From: Octopus vulgaris | Taxonomy: Eukaryota | NCBI GenBank assembly: GCA_951406725.2 | Contig: OX597814.1 | Span: forward strand, 214,210,001-214,274,000 | DNA: 64,000 nucleotides | Direction: 5' to 3' | Shown here: positions 51,765 to 63,829 of the stretch, piece by piece | Layout: every line of letters begins with the position of its first letter | How positions within the stretch are numbered: the first letter of the stretch is position 1 | Program-made: the position numbers and the translations under genes | The notes under the pieces: generated by a model | Database searches by the model: none | The model's input: only the letters and a program-made list of their open reading frames with translations | What the model was told of the DNA's origin: nothing

Positions 51765-52895
51765 CGAGGCGGTATCAAAAAATTCAAGGCGGTGATCTGG
51801 CAGAAACGTTAGCACACCGGGCGAAATGCTTAGCGGTATTTCGTCTGCCGCTACATTCTGAGTTCAAATTCCGCCGAGGTCAGCTTTGCCTTTCATCCTT
51901 TCAGGATTAATAAATTAAATACTAATTACGCACTGGGGTCAATATAATCGACTTAATCTGTTTGTCTGTCCTTGTTTGTCCCCTCTGTGTGTAGCCCCTT
52001 GTGGGCAGTAAAGAAATAGGAATCAAAAAGTTCCCAGACTAGTTCTGTAGCGTGCCAACAGATGGCAGCACATGTACGGTTGCGTGTGCAGTGAAATCTA
52101 GCAGTGACCTTCATGAGGCAGTCTGCTGAGTGACATCACTGTGTTTACTTTGCAAAGTTTTGAAATTTGTATTTTTGCAATCACGTGTGTCTGCTGTAGT
52201 CTGCGATCTTGACATGGACAGGAACAAAGAGCCAATGTGAAATTTTGTGTTAAATTTGGGAAGTCTGCTACAGAGACATTGAGCAAGCTTTGGCAAGCTT
52301 ACGGCGATGAGGCAATGGGCCATACACAATATTTCACATGGCACAGGCACTTCGAAAGCAGAAGAATGTCCCTGGAAGACAATGAGCGATCTGGAAGACC
52401 TGCCATGAGCATAACCCCCAGAAATGTGGTATTGTGCATCGAGAATTTATCCCCCAGGGCTAGACTATCAATCAAGAGTTTTACTGTGACATTTTGAAGT
52501 GTCTGCAGGGAGGACATTCAGTGAGGAATTGGATTATTCATGATAACAATACACCTGTTACTAAGCTCTTCTAATTCATGAGTTTCTCACCAAAAACACC
52601 CATTCTATTCACCAGATTTGGCACCTGCAGACTTCCATCTCTTCACCAAGATGAAAATGCAGCTCAAAGGTTGCTGTTTTAAAACCATTGTTGAGATCCA
52701 GAGTGACCAGCAGAAAGTCCTTGACTTGCTTACAGAAAACAACTTCCAGGCAAGATTCCAAAAGTGGCAGGAATGCTGGGACCAGTGTATCACTGCGCAA
52801 GGCGACAATTTTGAAGGAGATGATGTTAAAACTTAAGTAAATAAGTTATTTTTTATTAAACCTAACTAGTCCTGGAACCTTTTGATACCACCTCA
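51765..52895 (+). mobile_element. Internally deleted mariner (DD34D-type) transposon with TIRs and TA TSD
   Basis: TA|cgaggcggtatcaaaa ... ttttgataccacctca|TA. Transposase relics: EQRANVKFCVKFGKSATET, SLEDNERSGRP, IIHDNN, YSPDLAPADFHLF. Confidence 0.9.
51786..52020 (+). mobile_element. SINE family A inserted in the left TIR of the mariner
   Basis: Family A sequence; atcaaaaa(a/g)ttc is duplicated on both sides. Confidence 0.85.
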
Positions 52896-53087
52896 TATGT
52901 GACATTTACCAATGATACTACACGTTTTAATTTTAAAAAATCTATGTGTGGTAAGAAACTTGCTTCCCAACCATGATTCTAGGTTCAGTCCTTCTGCATG
53001 GTACCTTGGGCAAGTGTCTTCTACTATAGTCTCAGACTAACCAAATCCTTCTGAGTGGATTTTGTAGACAGAAACTGAAAGAAGCCC

Positions 53088-53194
<107 letters not shown>

Positions 53195-53392
53195 ACTCAC
53201 TTCATTTTTGCATTTAACCAAATGAACTTAATTCTCTCTTAAACAGAAAAAATACAAATATGCATAATTGATTAAATGCTTTCATACTGATTCCTTTATC
53301 TATTTTTTCTTCTTCTTCTTCAAAACAAAGCCTCCTGTATCAAATAAATTCAAGTAAGTATTCAATCCCATAGCAAATAATATATAACATAC

Positions 53393-53527
53393 CATATTCA
53401 TGGCTTTCAGAATGAGAGCTGTTGCCATGTTGTCTGTGTGTGCTGTAAAATGGTTACACCATTTTCCTGCCTTATCCATCAGATCCACATAACCAACACC
53501 ACGACTATTCAAGATAAAACTATTTCT
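53393..53527 (-). CDS. M28B-family protein exon
   Basis: tttgcag acceptor, gtatgt donor, 135 nt, phase 0-0. RNSFILNSRGVGYVDLMDKAG...ALILKAMNM resembles GCPII NSRLLQERGVAYINAD. Confidence 0.85.
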
Positions 53528-54214
53528 CTGCAAAAATAACAACAATAATAATAACAACAATAATAATAATAATAATGTCTTGGTATAAAAGATGGAGTAT
53601 AGCAAATATTCTGCTCAATACTACAGATTTGGTTTGACCTTAACCAGTTGAGCATGTCCCTTAGTGGCTGATGACATGTGCATCTCTGATCATGAGCAGA
53701 AGTAGTGGGGGAGCATCATAGCCATGTGTTGAGAGGAATTGGGAGGGAGGTGAGTAGGAAACATGGGTGTTTTGTTCAACATCCTTAAACAACCCTTATT
53801 CAGGGACCTTTTGAGCAGGATGGGTTACTTGCGGAGTGTGTGAGAGAGATAGAGAGAAATAGATGGTGTGAGTAGGTATTGAGGTCTATCCACAGGGGAC
53901 AGGAGAGGGTATAGAGAGAGATGTTCCATGAGAGAGAAGGGGATATGTTTTAGGGATGAGGAAAACATGACAGTAGCAAGTGATGGCGAAGGGTAATTGG
54001 TGCAGCTGGGAAGGGGTAGGGAAGATAGATGAGGGCATGGGGAGTGTGTGGATAGACATGAGAGTGGGGTGGCCTGCAGCAGGTGGGGTGCATGAGAGAG
54101 CATGAAGAAGGGAAAGTCTGCTGGGAGTTTGACAGAAGTCAAGTAGTGTGTGTGTGTAAGTGGGGGGGGGCATGACCAAAAAGGACATGCATGTGTGCAT
54201 GGCCATGATTTCAC

Positions 54215-55060
54215 TTACTCTTTACTCTTTTACTTGTTTCAGTCATTTGACTGCAGCCATGCTGGAGCACCGCCTTTAGTCGAGCAAGTCGACCCCGAGA
54301 CTTATTCTTTTGTAAGCCCAGTACTTATTCTATCGGTCTCTTTTGCCGAACCACTAAGTAACGGGGACATAAACACACCAGCATCAGTTGTCAAGCAATG
54401 CTAGAGGGACAAACACAGACACACACATGCATATATATATATATATATTGGGACACAAAACTCTACTTGTGAAGACGTGTTGAGGCAAGTGAGGATCAGA
54501 ATCGAAATCGATCAATGGAAATTGCGGATGTGCTACCAGTGCCAGTGGCATGTCGAAACTCTGCTTGTGAAGACCCATTGAGGCAAGTGAGGATCAGAAT
54601 CGAAATCGATCAATGGAAATTGCAGATGTGTTACCAGTGCCGGTGGCATGTAAGAGAACTTTCCGTTTCGCGACCGTTGCCAGCACCGCCCCGTTTCGTG
54701 TCCGTTGCCAGCCTCGCCTGGCCCTCGTGCCGGTGGCACATAAAAAGCACCATCCGTTCATGGCCGTTTGCCAGCTCTGTCTGGCACCAGTGCGGGTGGC
54801 ACGTAAAAAGCACCCACTACACTCACGGAGTGGTTGGCGTTAGGAAGGGCATCCAGCCGTAGAAACATTGCCAGATCAGACTGGGCCTGATGAAGCCTTC
54901 CGGCTTCACAGACCCCAGCAGAACCGTCCAACCCATGCTAGCATGGAAAACGGACGCTAAATGATGATGATGATGATGATGATATATATATATATATATA
55001 TACATATATACGACGGTCTTCTTTCAGTTTCCGTCTACCAAATCCACTCACAAGGCTTAG
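54215..55060 (-). mobile_element. SINE family B with an RTE 3' end (54450-54985, + strand) inserted in its (AT)n
   Basis: The SINE halves flank the RTE UTR and tail, with (AT)n on both sides. Confidence 0.82.
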
Positions 55061-55074
55061 CTTAACATGTTTTC

Positions 55075-55325
55075 ACAAGCACAACAAATCACCAGAAGTC
55101 TCAGTCCCTCTGTGAGGCTCAACAACTAAAGGTCATATTTCAGCAGTCTCTCAAAAAACACACTTTGTTGTACATGCACACTCACACTGCACATCCAGTG
55201 GAACATGTTGGCTTCATTTCTTCCAAGCCTCCACATGTCCTCTGCAGTCACGGTCCATGTTTCACTGCCATGTAGCTTAGTTGTTTGCACACAGGTATCA
55301 TACAATCTGCCTTTCACTCTGAAGG
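55075..55325 (-). mobile_element. RTE-clade LINE ORF fragment
   Basis: KGRLYDTCVQTTKLHGSETW...RNEANMFHWMC. Confidence 0.7.
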
Positions 55326-55389
55326 GTATATATTAGTGTTTATATTGTTCTAATAATTCTTGTAGAAAATTATCTCTGCTAAAAAGTCA

Positions 55390-55815
55390 TAGGTGTAGGA
55401 GTGGCTGTGTGGTAAGTAGCTTGCTTATGAACCACATTGTTCCGGGTTCAGTCCCACTGCGTGGCACCTTGGTCAAGTGTCTTCTACTATAGCCTTGGGC
55501 CAACCAAAGCCTTGTGAGTGGATTTGGTAGACAGAAACTGAAAGATACCCATCATTATATATGTATATATATATATATGTATGTGTGTGTGTATATGTTT
55601 GTGTATCTGTGTATGTCTCTTCCCCACCAACACTGCTTGACAATCAATTCTGGTGTGTTTACATCCCCGTAACTTAGCAGTTCAGCAAAAGAATCTGATA
55701 GAATAAGTACAAGGCTTATAAAGAATAAGTCCTGGGGTCGATTTGCTCGACTAAAGGCGGTGCTCCAGCATGGCCACAGCCAAATGACTGAAACAAGTAA
55801 AAGAGAAAGAGAGAA
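55390..55815 (+). mobile_element. SINE family B
   Basis: Family sequence. Confidence 0.85.
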
Positions 55816-55938
55816 GGAGAGTTGAAAGATTGCTGTCATTAACCAAATATCGAGGTTGATGGATCTTAACATGGAAAAGTTATGTGAAAATTACAACAAC
55901 AAAAGATAACAAAGAAACAACTTGAATGTTTTGGTTAC

Positions 55939-56192
55939 CTTCAGATATTCTTGGATCCCAACTTCATCACTGCCTGTAACAGTACCCCACGAATAAAACT
56001 TGATGGTTCGCTGTGGATGCCATCCTTCTAATTTGCGAACATGCAAAAGACTGTATATTAACTCCAGTAACATAGCAGTGCTTGACAAACTGGCCATTTG
56101 GAAAAGACTGGAAACTGAACTGTTTGAAATGAGTGAAGTTTCTGATTCAGCCGTTCCATAGAGCCGTTGAGTTCCAACTAATACCATCTCAT
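55939..56192 (-). CDS. M28B-family protein exon (protease-like domain core)
   Basis: tctatag acceptor, gtaacc donor, 254 nt. DEMVLVGTQR...SSTAMLLEL...EGWHPQRTIKFYSWG...GIQEYLK aligns by eye with GCPII DRYVILGGHRD...[20 protein letters not shown]. Confidence 0.88.
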
Positions 56193-56789
56193 CTATAGAA
56201 ATAATGAAACAAAACAATAAGGAATCTTCTGTTGTGTCTGGGGAGAGTCATTTTCTTTTTGTGCCTTATAATATAACACACTCACCGGTAAAATTTCCAC
56301 TTATTTCTTATTTTTATTTTCCTAAAATTTTCGTTGCATCTTGCAACTTTTTCAATAGTCTTGAAATCCAAAAACGAAATAAGAAATCTTGTTTCCTCAG
56401 AAATGTAGCAAGATGTCTGTAACAGTATTTATATATTTGCTGCTTTCTGTGTTGTAGTACAACTAGAGTTATTTTTTGTATTTCATCCTTTCAGGATGAA
56501 AAAGCAAGTATCTGTAATACACTGGTGTTAAATCAAGTGGTGTTGTACCTCCTCCAACAATTTCTGCTTTTTTAATGTTTAGTGAGAGAGAGAGAGAGAA
56601 GGTACTGTACTTATGACCTTTTATTTAATGGGATGGAGGGAAGTAGCTATTCTGAAACCGAATACCAGATCTGAATACTTTCAACAGAATGAACTCCTCT
56701 AAAGGCAAACAAGGATGAGATGGTAGCATTAAACCAGGAGATGAATTAAACCTACCACTCAGGTATATTCAGAATGCAAATTGCCTAAA

Positions 56790-57467
56790 TTGGCATCACT
56801 CAGCAAGACTTTTGTTAGCCGCTCTCCAGCCATCTATTTAAAGCTGTATACAGCTATGGTACGACCACACTTGGAATTCGCATCATCAATTTGGAACCCC
56901 TATCTTGCCCAGAACATTGACCTCCTGGAATCTGTTCAGAGACGTGCAACCAAACGCATACCCTCCATCAGACACCTACCATACTCTGAGTGCCTTGTTT
57001 CCCTGGGCATGGATTCACTGAAGCTCTGGCGTCTGGCGATGGACTTGGTAAACACCCACAAAGTTATCAACCACCTCACCAACAACAACACTGAACACCT
57101 TTTTGATCTCCATGTGTCCAACACACGTGGACATACCTACAAAGTCAGAAAAAAGCACAGCTCCCATGACTTTCGGAAACATTTTTTCACGCTCAGAGTT
57201 GCTGAAGCATGGAACAAACTGCCAGCGTCAGTTGTTGACTGCCATGACGCTGCATCCTTTAAGGCCCTCATGCTTTCCGAAATCCGCCGAAACTACACCT
57301 GATTGTCCCCCTTCCATACCCATACACATATGTGTATGTCATGACTCATGCACTGTTCTTTTCATGATGCTTGTACATTACCCTATGTACTATACATACA
57401 CTTTAGATGAGTTGTAGTGCACCTGAGCACTGTACACAATGTTTTATTATTATTATTATTATTATTA
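56790..57467 (+). mobile_element. CR1-type LINE 3' fragment
   Basis: ORF 56781-57302 nearly identical to the C-terminus of ORF 59140-60231; (ATT)n tail. Confidence 0.9.
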
Positions 57468-58249
57468 AACAAGTACTGAAAGGCATTCCCAATCTAATGC
57501 ATTTATCAATTCCACTAATCATTAATCCTGGACTGGTATTTTATTTTACTGACTCTAAAAGAATGAAAGATAATGCTGACCTAGCTGAGATTTGAACTCA
57601 GACCACAGAAAGCAGGAAGAAATACTGCAAAACATTTTGTCCTATGCTCTAACAACTTTACCAAATTGCTGTCTTAGCCAAAATAAATAAAATAATAAAT
57701 AAAAAGTAAAATATAATAAATACTGTTTTCCCTAAAATATGAAATAAAATATAGGATGTTGTTGTTTAGCACCAGATTCATGCTAATTAAGCAGGCTTTT
57801 CATCAAAAGATAGGATGGTTTTGATTGTAATGTCTTTCATTAAAGGCATTCCAATGAAGACCATCCTACCTTTTATTCAAGCACTGTATCTAGAACAACA
57901 TTATCCAATGCCTTGTTCTTATAAGGGATTTATGTAGGTGGTCAATTTGTTAGAAACAGCAGTCAAATATTCCACATATGTCTACACTTGATTTAGCATT
58001 TTTAAGATGATACATAACCAATCTGAAAAATATACTAAAATTATGTTTGTGACAGCATGTAGTACTTCATAAACCATTGGGTTGCTGGTGTTTCACTGAA
58101 AACATTGTTTCATCTAATGAAAAAGAATATTAATTGTAACATTATTTTCATAAATAAATACATCAGAAATCTAAAACATAACATTAGGTCTTCACTTTTT
58201 CAAGAAAGAATGAAAGAAAATCACTAATGAAATATCTTCAGGCATGTTT

Positions 58250-58395
58250 TTTTATTATTATTATTATTATTACTATTATTACTATTATTATTATTACTAT
58301 TATTATTATTACTATTGTTATTATTATTACTATTATTATTATTACTATTATTATTATTACTATTATTACTATTATTACTATTATTATTATTACTA

Positions 58396-58426
<31 letters not shown>

Positions 58427-58446
58427 TACTATTATTATTATTACTA

Positions 58447-58477
<31 letters not shown>

Positions 58478-59002
58478 TATTACTATTATTATTATTATTA
58501 TTACTATTATTACTATTGTTATTATTATTACTATTATTATTATTATTATTACTATTATTATTATTATTATTATTGTTATTATTATTACTATTATTATTAT
58601 TACTATTATTACTATTATTATTATTACTATTATTATTATTACTATTACTATTATTATTATTACTATTATTATTATTATTATTGTTATTATTATTACTATT
58701 ATTATTATTATTATTATTACTATTATTATTACTATTATTACTATTACTATTATTATTATTACTATTATTATTATTACTATTATTATTATTATTATTACTA
58801 TTACTATTATTACTATTACTATTATTACTATTACTATTATTACTATTATTACTATTACTATTATTATTACTATTACTATTATTATTATTATTACTATTAC
58901 TATTACTACTATTACTATTATTACTATTACTATTATTACTATTACTATTATTATTATTATTATTAGTAGTAGTAGTAGTAGTAGTAGTTGTTGTTGTTGT
59001 TT
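58250..59002. repeat. ~750-bp (ATT/ACT)n trinucleotide microsatellite
   Basis: Direct; grades into (AGT)n then (TGT)n at the right end. Confidence 0.97.
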
Positions 59003-59067
59003 ATTCCTTCAACATTATTTGAAGTACGTTTTCCTGATTGTAGGATTATTTCAAAGTGTACCAAAAT

Positions 59068-61405
59068 TAATAATAATAATAATAAAACATTGTGTACAGT
59101 GCTCAGGTGCACTACAACTCATCTAAAGTGTATATATAATCAGGTGTAGTTTCGGCAGATTTCGGAAAGCATGAGGGCCTTAAAAGATGCAGTGTCATGG
59201 CAGTCAACAACTGACGCAGGCAGTTTATTCCATGCTTCAGCAACTCTGAGCGTGAAAAAATGTTTCCGAAAGTCATGGGAGCTGTATTGTTTTCTGACTT
59301 TGTAGGTATGTCCACGTGTGTTAGACACATGGAGATCAAAAAGGTGTTCAGTGTTGTTGTTGGTGAGGTGGTTGATAACTTTGTGGGTGTTTACCAAGTC
59401 CGTCGCCAAACGCCGGAGCTTCAGTGAATCCATGCCCAGGGAAACAAGGCGCTCAGAATATGGTAGGTGTCTGATGGAGGGTATGCGTTTGGTTGCACGT
59501 CTCTGGACAGATTCCAGGAGGTCAATGTTCTGTGCAAGATAGGGGTTCCAAACTGATGATGCGAATTCCAAGTGTGGTCGTACCATAGCTGTATACAGTT
59601 TTAAATAGATGGCTGGAGAGCGGCTAACAAAAGACCTGCTGAGTGATGCCAAGACACCCTCGGCCTTCCTGACAATCTTAGAGATATGCTTTGACCAACG
59701 CAAATCACTGCTGACAGTGATGCCTAGGTCACGCTCGCAAGAGGATTTCTTGATATCAGTGTTGTGGAGGGAGTATGTGAACGCAGGGTTTTTTCTCCCA
59801 AAATGCATGGTGGTACACTTGTCCACAGCCAGTTTCAGTTGCCAGTCTGTGATCCATTGCTGCATTGTGTCTAGGTCTGATTGCAGGAAAGAGTTGTAGA
59901 CATCAGGATCTGTCCTCTTGATTTCAAGGTACAGCTTGATGTCGTCTGCATATTTCAATACTGTGGCATTCTTTAAATTGGCATCTATGTCGTTAACGTA
60001 TGCCACAAACAAGAGGGGACCAAGGACAGATCCCTGTGGTACACCCGATGACATCTCATATGGTGTAGAGTGCTGTCCTAGAACTGTGACTACCTCCTTT
60101 CGGCTGAGGATGAAGGATTTCAACCAGTTAAAAAGGTCATCCCCCACACCCATTGCAGAGAGTTTCACCATAAGCCTTTTGTGTGGCACAGAGTTGAAAG
60201 CCTTAGCAAAGTCAAGGTAGACAACATCCACCCATGAGCCACTGTCAGTAATCTGAGTAATGTCCTCAAGGAACTCGACAAGCTGGTCACTGCAGCTGGA
60301 GTTAGGGACAAATCCATATTGTGAGGGTCAGATGAGACTGTGAGAGCTCCAGAAGTTCCAGAGTGTTTCTCTGACACACGATTCCATCAGTTTTGCAATA
60401 CAGCTAGTGAGACTGACTGGGCGATAGTTGACAGGTGATGTGCGGTCGCCCTTTTTGAACAGAGGAATGACACTGGCAGTTTTCCACTGCTCCGGAGTAG
60501 CACCATTGTTGAGACAGTACTGGAAGAAAATAGAAAGCTGGTGTAAAAGGAAGTGCCTGCCACGTTTGAGAAGCAGGTATGTAACTCCATCGAGACCAGG
60601 GGAGGCATAGTTGCGCTTATTTTGAAGGTGATGTTGCAGCATTTCAGGTGTAAATTCCATAGTTGTTATGGAGTTTGCTGTTAGTGATGGTGAAGATGGT
60701 ACATTTTGACTTTCAACAGTGAATATGTTTGCATAGCACTCGGCAATGAGTTCTGCGCATTCCTTGGGGTCGTCAGTGATCTGGTTTGTGTGAGGGTTGC
60801 GAAGAGGGCCCACTGGAGAGTGAGGTCTCTGCTTTGAGTGCACATATTTCCAGAAAACCTTGCTGTCAGGATTGGCTGCTATGCACTGTTCAAATTCAAG
60901 CACTGCTTTTTTGTCACTTGCTTGAGATGGTTGGAGGATTTATTCCGCTTCTTCCTGTTGGTGTCTGATTTATGCAACCTGTATTCCCGTTCAGCAGTCC
61001 GACGTTCCCTCCTGGCAAGTCGGACCGCTGAAGTTTCCCAAATTGCCCTTTTGGGGCGGTTCTTCTTTTTTTGTTTACGTGGCACTGATGCTGCACATGC
61101 TGCCCATATTGAGTCCAGGATACTCTGGAGTATAGTATTCACATCTCCAGAGTTGTAGAATTCACGCCAGTTTGGGTGCTGTAGTTCAGTGTGGTACAGG
61201 TTCCAATCTGCTCTCTTCCAATCGAAGGAAGCAGATTGGAGATGGTTCAGGTTTTTGTTGCCCGCAAGAGCCAGATTGGCGATGATCATAGCATGATCAG
61301 AGTCACCTAGAGGTTCCTCCGTAGTGCAATTGATAACCGCTTCAGGAGTTGTGGTGAAGAGCAGGTCCAAGGTGTTGTCGCCTCTTGTTGGAGAGGTGAC
61401 TACTT
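59068..61405 (-). mobile_element. CR1-type LINE, 5'-truncated, frameshifted ORF2 (endonuclease end plus RT)
   Basis: DLLFT..LGDSDH (APE C-terminus), SPGLDG, PLFKKGDR..NYRPVSLTS, YLDFAKAF, PQGSVLGP and YADD spread over three or more ORFs; (ATT)n tail. Confidence 0.93.
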
Positions 61406-61569
61406 GTGACCAGTTTTACCATAAGAAAATAACATTTTTGCTTATCATTCTTCCAGCATTTAATATATATCTTTCAAAATCAAACAGATTAATCTTAAGG
61501 CACAATGATCACTTTTAAAATAACAGTAAGAATCACACTGAATGAAAAAAAGGGAAGTAATCAAGTTAC

Positions 61570-61668
61570 CTGGTTTGGTTTTTCCATAGAGAGTTCCTTC
61601 AACATTGGACACAGTGTGGCTTTTCAAACAAGAATTGAACTTGAGATATAAAGTGTTGTGTCCCTCAA
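61570..61668 (-). CDS. M28B-family (NAALAD/GCPII/TfR-like) protein, first exon in window
   Basis: ttttatag acceptor, gtaact donor, 99 nt, phase 1-1. EGHNTLYLKFNSCLKSHTVSNVEGTLYGKTKP(D) matches the family motif NVIGTLRGxxEPD. Too short for the ORF track. Confidence 0.8.
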
Positions 61669-61739
61669 CTATAAAAGTAAAACATACATAACTTATGGTA
61701 ATATAAATTTAACATTTTTCAGTACAAATTTATCAACTA

Positions 61740-62129
61740 CTAGCAGTTGCTCGGGTTTGTAAGGGAAATAACTATGTAAGCATTTTTAGAGATGTAAAGT
61801 ATAATAGCCATCTCAATATGGCTAACCACAAAGGGGGAGGGGGTGTTACTGTAGCTTTTTACGTTCTGAGATTTAATAATACATTTTTAGAGAGTTACTT
61901 CCCTTATATAATAGCAAAAAAAAATGCATTAAAAATGGGAAAAAATGATGGTAAATTTTTTTTTTAATCGTAGACTCATCGTGGACGCGTGCTAATACCC
62001 AGAAGGGCTCGATATGAATCACGACTATAAGATACCCGCTTTTGGTTACACTGCACTGCAAAATGTGGGAGTATTTAGGAATCTAAATCGTAAGAGACAG
62101 ACACACAACTTCACTTTTATATATAAAGA
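61740..62129 (-). mobile_element. Non-autonomous Helitron-like element
   Basis: Minus strand begins A|TCTTTATATATAAAAG and ends GCTAG|T (5'-TC...CTAG-3' inserted into an AT site, no TSD); related to 6620-7000. Confidence 0.72.
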
Positions 62130-62304
62130 TACTTCAAATCTGGTTATCTTTAATCATCTATCTTTAGTCTATCTGTTGCCTGATGATTGAGCCATTTACT
62201 TGACTTATCAATATCAGAGATTAGTCATCAGTGGATAATCAGTTCTACTGACTTCTAAACAATACTTGTGGAATCCAATTCTTTGTCAATAAAAATATAT
62301 AAAT

Positions 62305-62533
62305 GCACCCTTTTAAAGCCTAGCCAGGCTCATGGGCCTGATTTCCCGGTTTCTATGGTGTATGAGTTCCCCAGCTGGACAGGACGCAGTCCATCGCAGC
62401 ATTACTCATTTTTGCCAGCAGAGTGGACTGGAGCAACATGAAATGAAGTGTTTTGCTCAAGAACACAACGTGTCGCCCGGTCCGGGAATCGAAACCACAA
62501 TCTTACGATCATGATGCTGACACCCTAACCACT
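62305..62533 (-). mobile_element. tRNA-derived SINE, partial
   Basis: Minus-strand gtggttagggtgtcagc...gtttcgattcccgg head. Confidence 0.65.
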
Positions 62534-62736
62534 TCGAACACATTGCTACAAGCTAACATAGTAGTTCTATAGTGCAGCCACTGCTAAAATAGTGAGTTGT
62601 CCTATACTACTATACCTACATTCAGCCAATAGGTTGATTCTTTAGAACGGTGTTTTTCAAGGTGGAGCACAAGTGAATAGAACTTACAATAAAGTTTTCA
62701 TTAAACTTCTTATTGCCATGACACTGCATCCTTTAA

Positions 62737-62955
62737 CCCTTTAGCGTTCAGATTATTCCATCAAACATAATGCCTATTGATTCACATTGATTTGAGTTAA
62801 TCATGCATTATCTCATATCTTCAAGAGCTTGATGGTGTAATTACTTAACGTAGAATAACACTGTAGGGTAGGTGTGAGAGCCTGGATCTGGTCAGTTTGA
62901 ACATAAAACAGATTAACTATTTTGGCCGGATATGGCCGGTTTAAATACTAAAGTG
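62737..62955. mobile_element. piggyBac-type MITE with TTAA TSD, inserted in a CR1 3' fragment (62714-63165)
   Basis: TTAA|ccctttagcgtt ... aatactaaagtg|TTAA; removing it restores the CR1 sequence gcatcctTTAAggccctcatg. Confidence 0.85.
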
Positions 62956-63467
62956 TTAAGGCCCTCATGCTTTCCGAAATCCGCCGAAACTACACCTGAT
63001 TGTCCCATTCCATACTCATACACATATGTGTATGTCATGACTCATGCACTGTTCTTTTCCTGACGCTTGTACATTACCCTATGTACTATACATACACTTT
63101 AGATGGGTTGTAGTGCACCTGAGCACTGTACACAATGTTTTATTATTATTATTATTATTATTATAAATATTTGTGCGTGTGTGCGTGCGTGTGTGTGTGT
63201 GTGTGTGTGTGTGCATTATATAATAACTTTGTATGCTCCTGGTAGAGTGTACATTTTTAAGAGAAAATCAAAGTGGGACATGGAACAAAAACAGTTGTGA
63301 ACACTGGTGACTCCAGTGGTGTGGAAATGCTGTCAGCATCATCATTTATGGTTTACATTTGAATACTGAACTGAGTGACTTTGTCCATTAACAATCACCA
63401 CATAATTAGACTCTTTTATATCTAGAGTAAGAATCAGAACAGATATATCAGGACTGCTAACCAGATA

Positions 63468-63707
63468 TATATTTCTTTACTGCTCACAAGGGGCTAAACA
63501 CAGAGGGGACAAACAAGGACAGACGAAGGGATTGAGTCGATTATATCGCCCCCAGTGCGGAACTGGTACTTTATTTATCGACCCCGAAAGGATGAAAGGC
63601 AAAGTTGACCTCGGCGGAATTTGAACTCAGAACGTAACGACAGACGAAATACCGCTCAGCATTTCGCCCGGCATGCTAACATTTCTGCCAGCGCACTAAC
63701 GTTTCTG
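63468..63707 (-). mobile_element. SINE family A
   Basis: Reverse complement of family A; cc(a/g)gatata is duplicated on the flanks. Confidence 0.82.
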
Positions 63708-63829
63708 CCGGATATAGACTAGCAACCTCTTCACTGGTTGTCCAATCACATTGTACATGCACTGTATCATGCTAGCAAAGTACCAGTTGAAATTTTAAAA
63801 ATATTTTAATTTAAAAAAAGTAGTAGTTA

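Noticed and set aside
53825-54214. ORFs in a G-rich purine-biased tract
   Set aside because: Low-complexity intronic sequence next to repeats; no recognisable domain or splice pattern.
58227-59126. 235-299 aa poly-I/T, poly-Y and poly-L ORFs
   Set aside because: Produced by a trinucleotide microsatellite that lacks stops on one strand.
63420-63740. Third hammerhead-like motif (gtgaagagg...cctgata on the minus strand) split by a SINE
   Set aside because: Both the CUGA and GAAA cores are altered; too degenerate to support.
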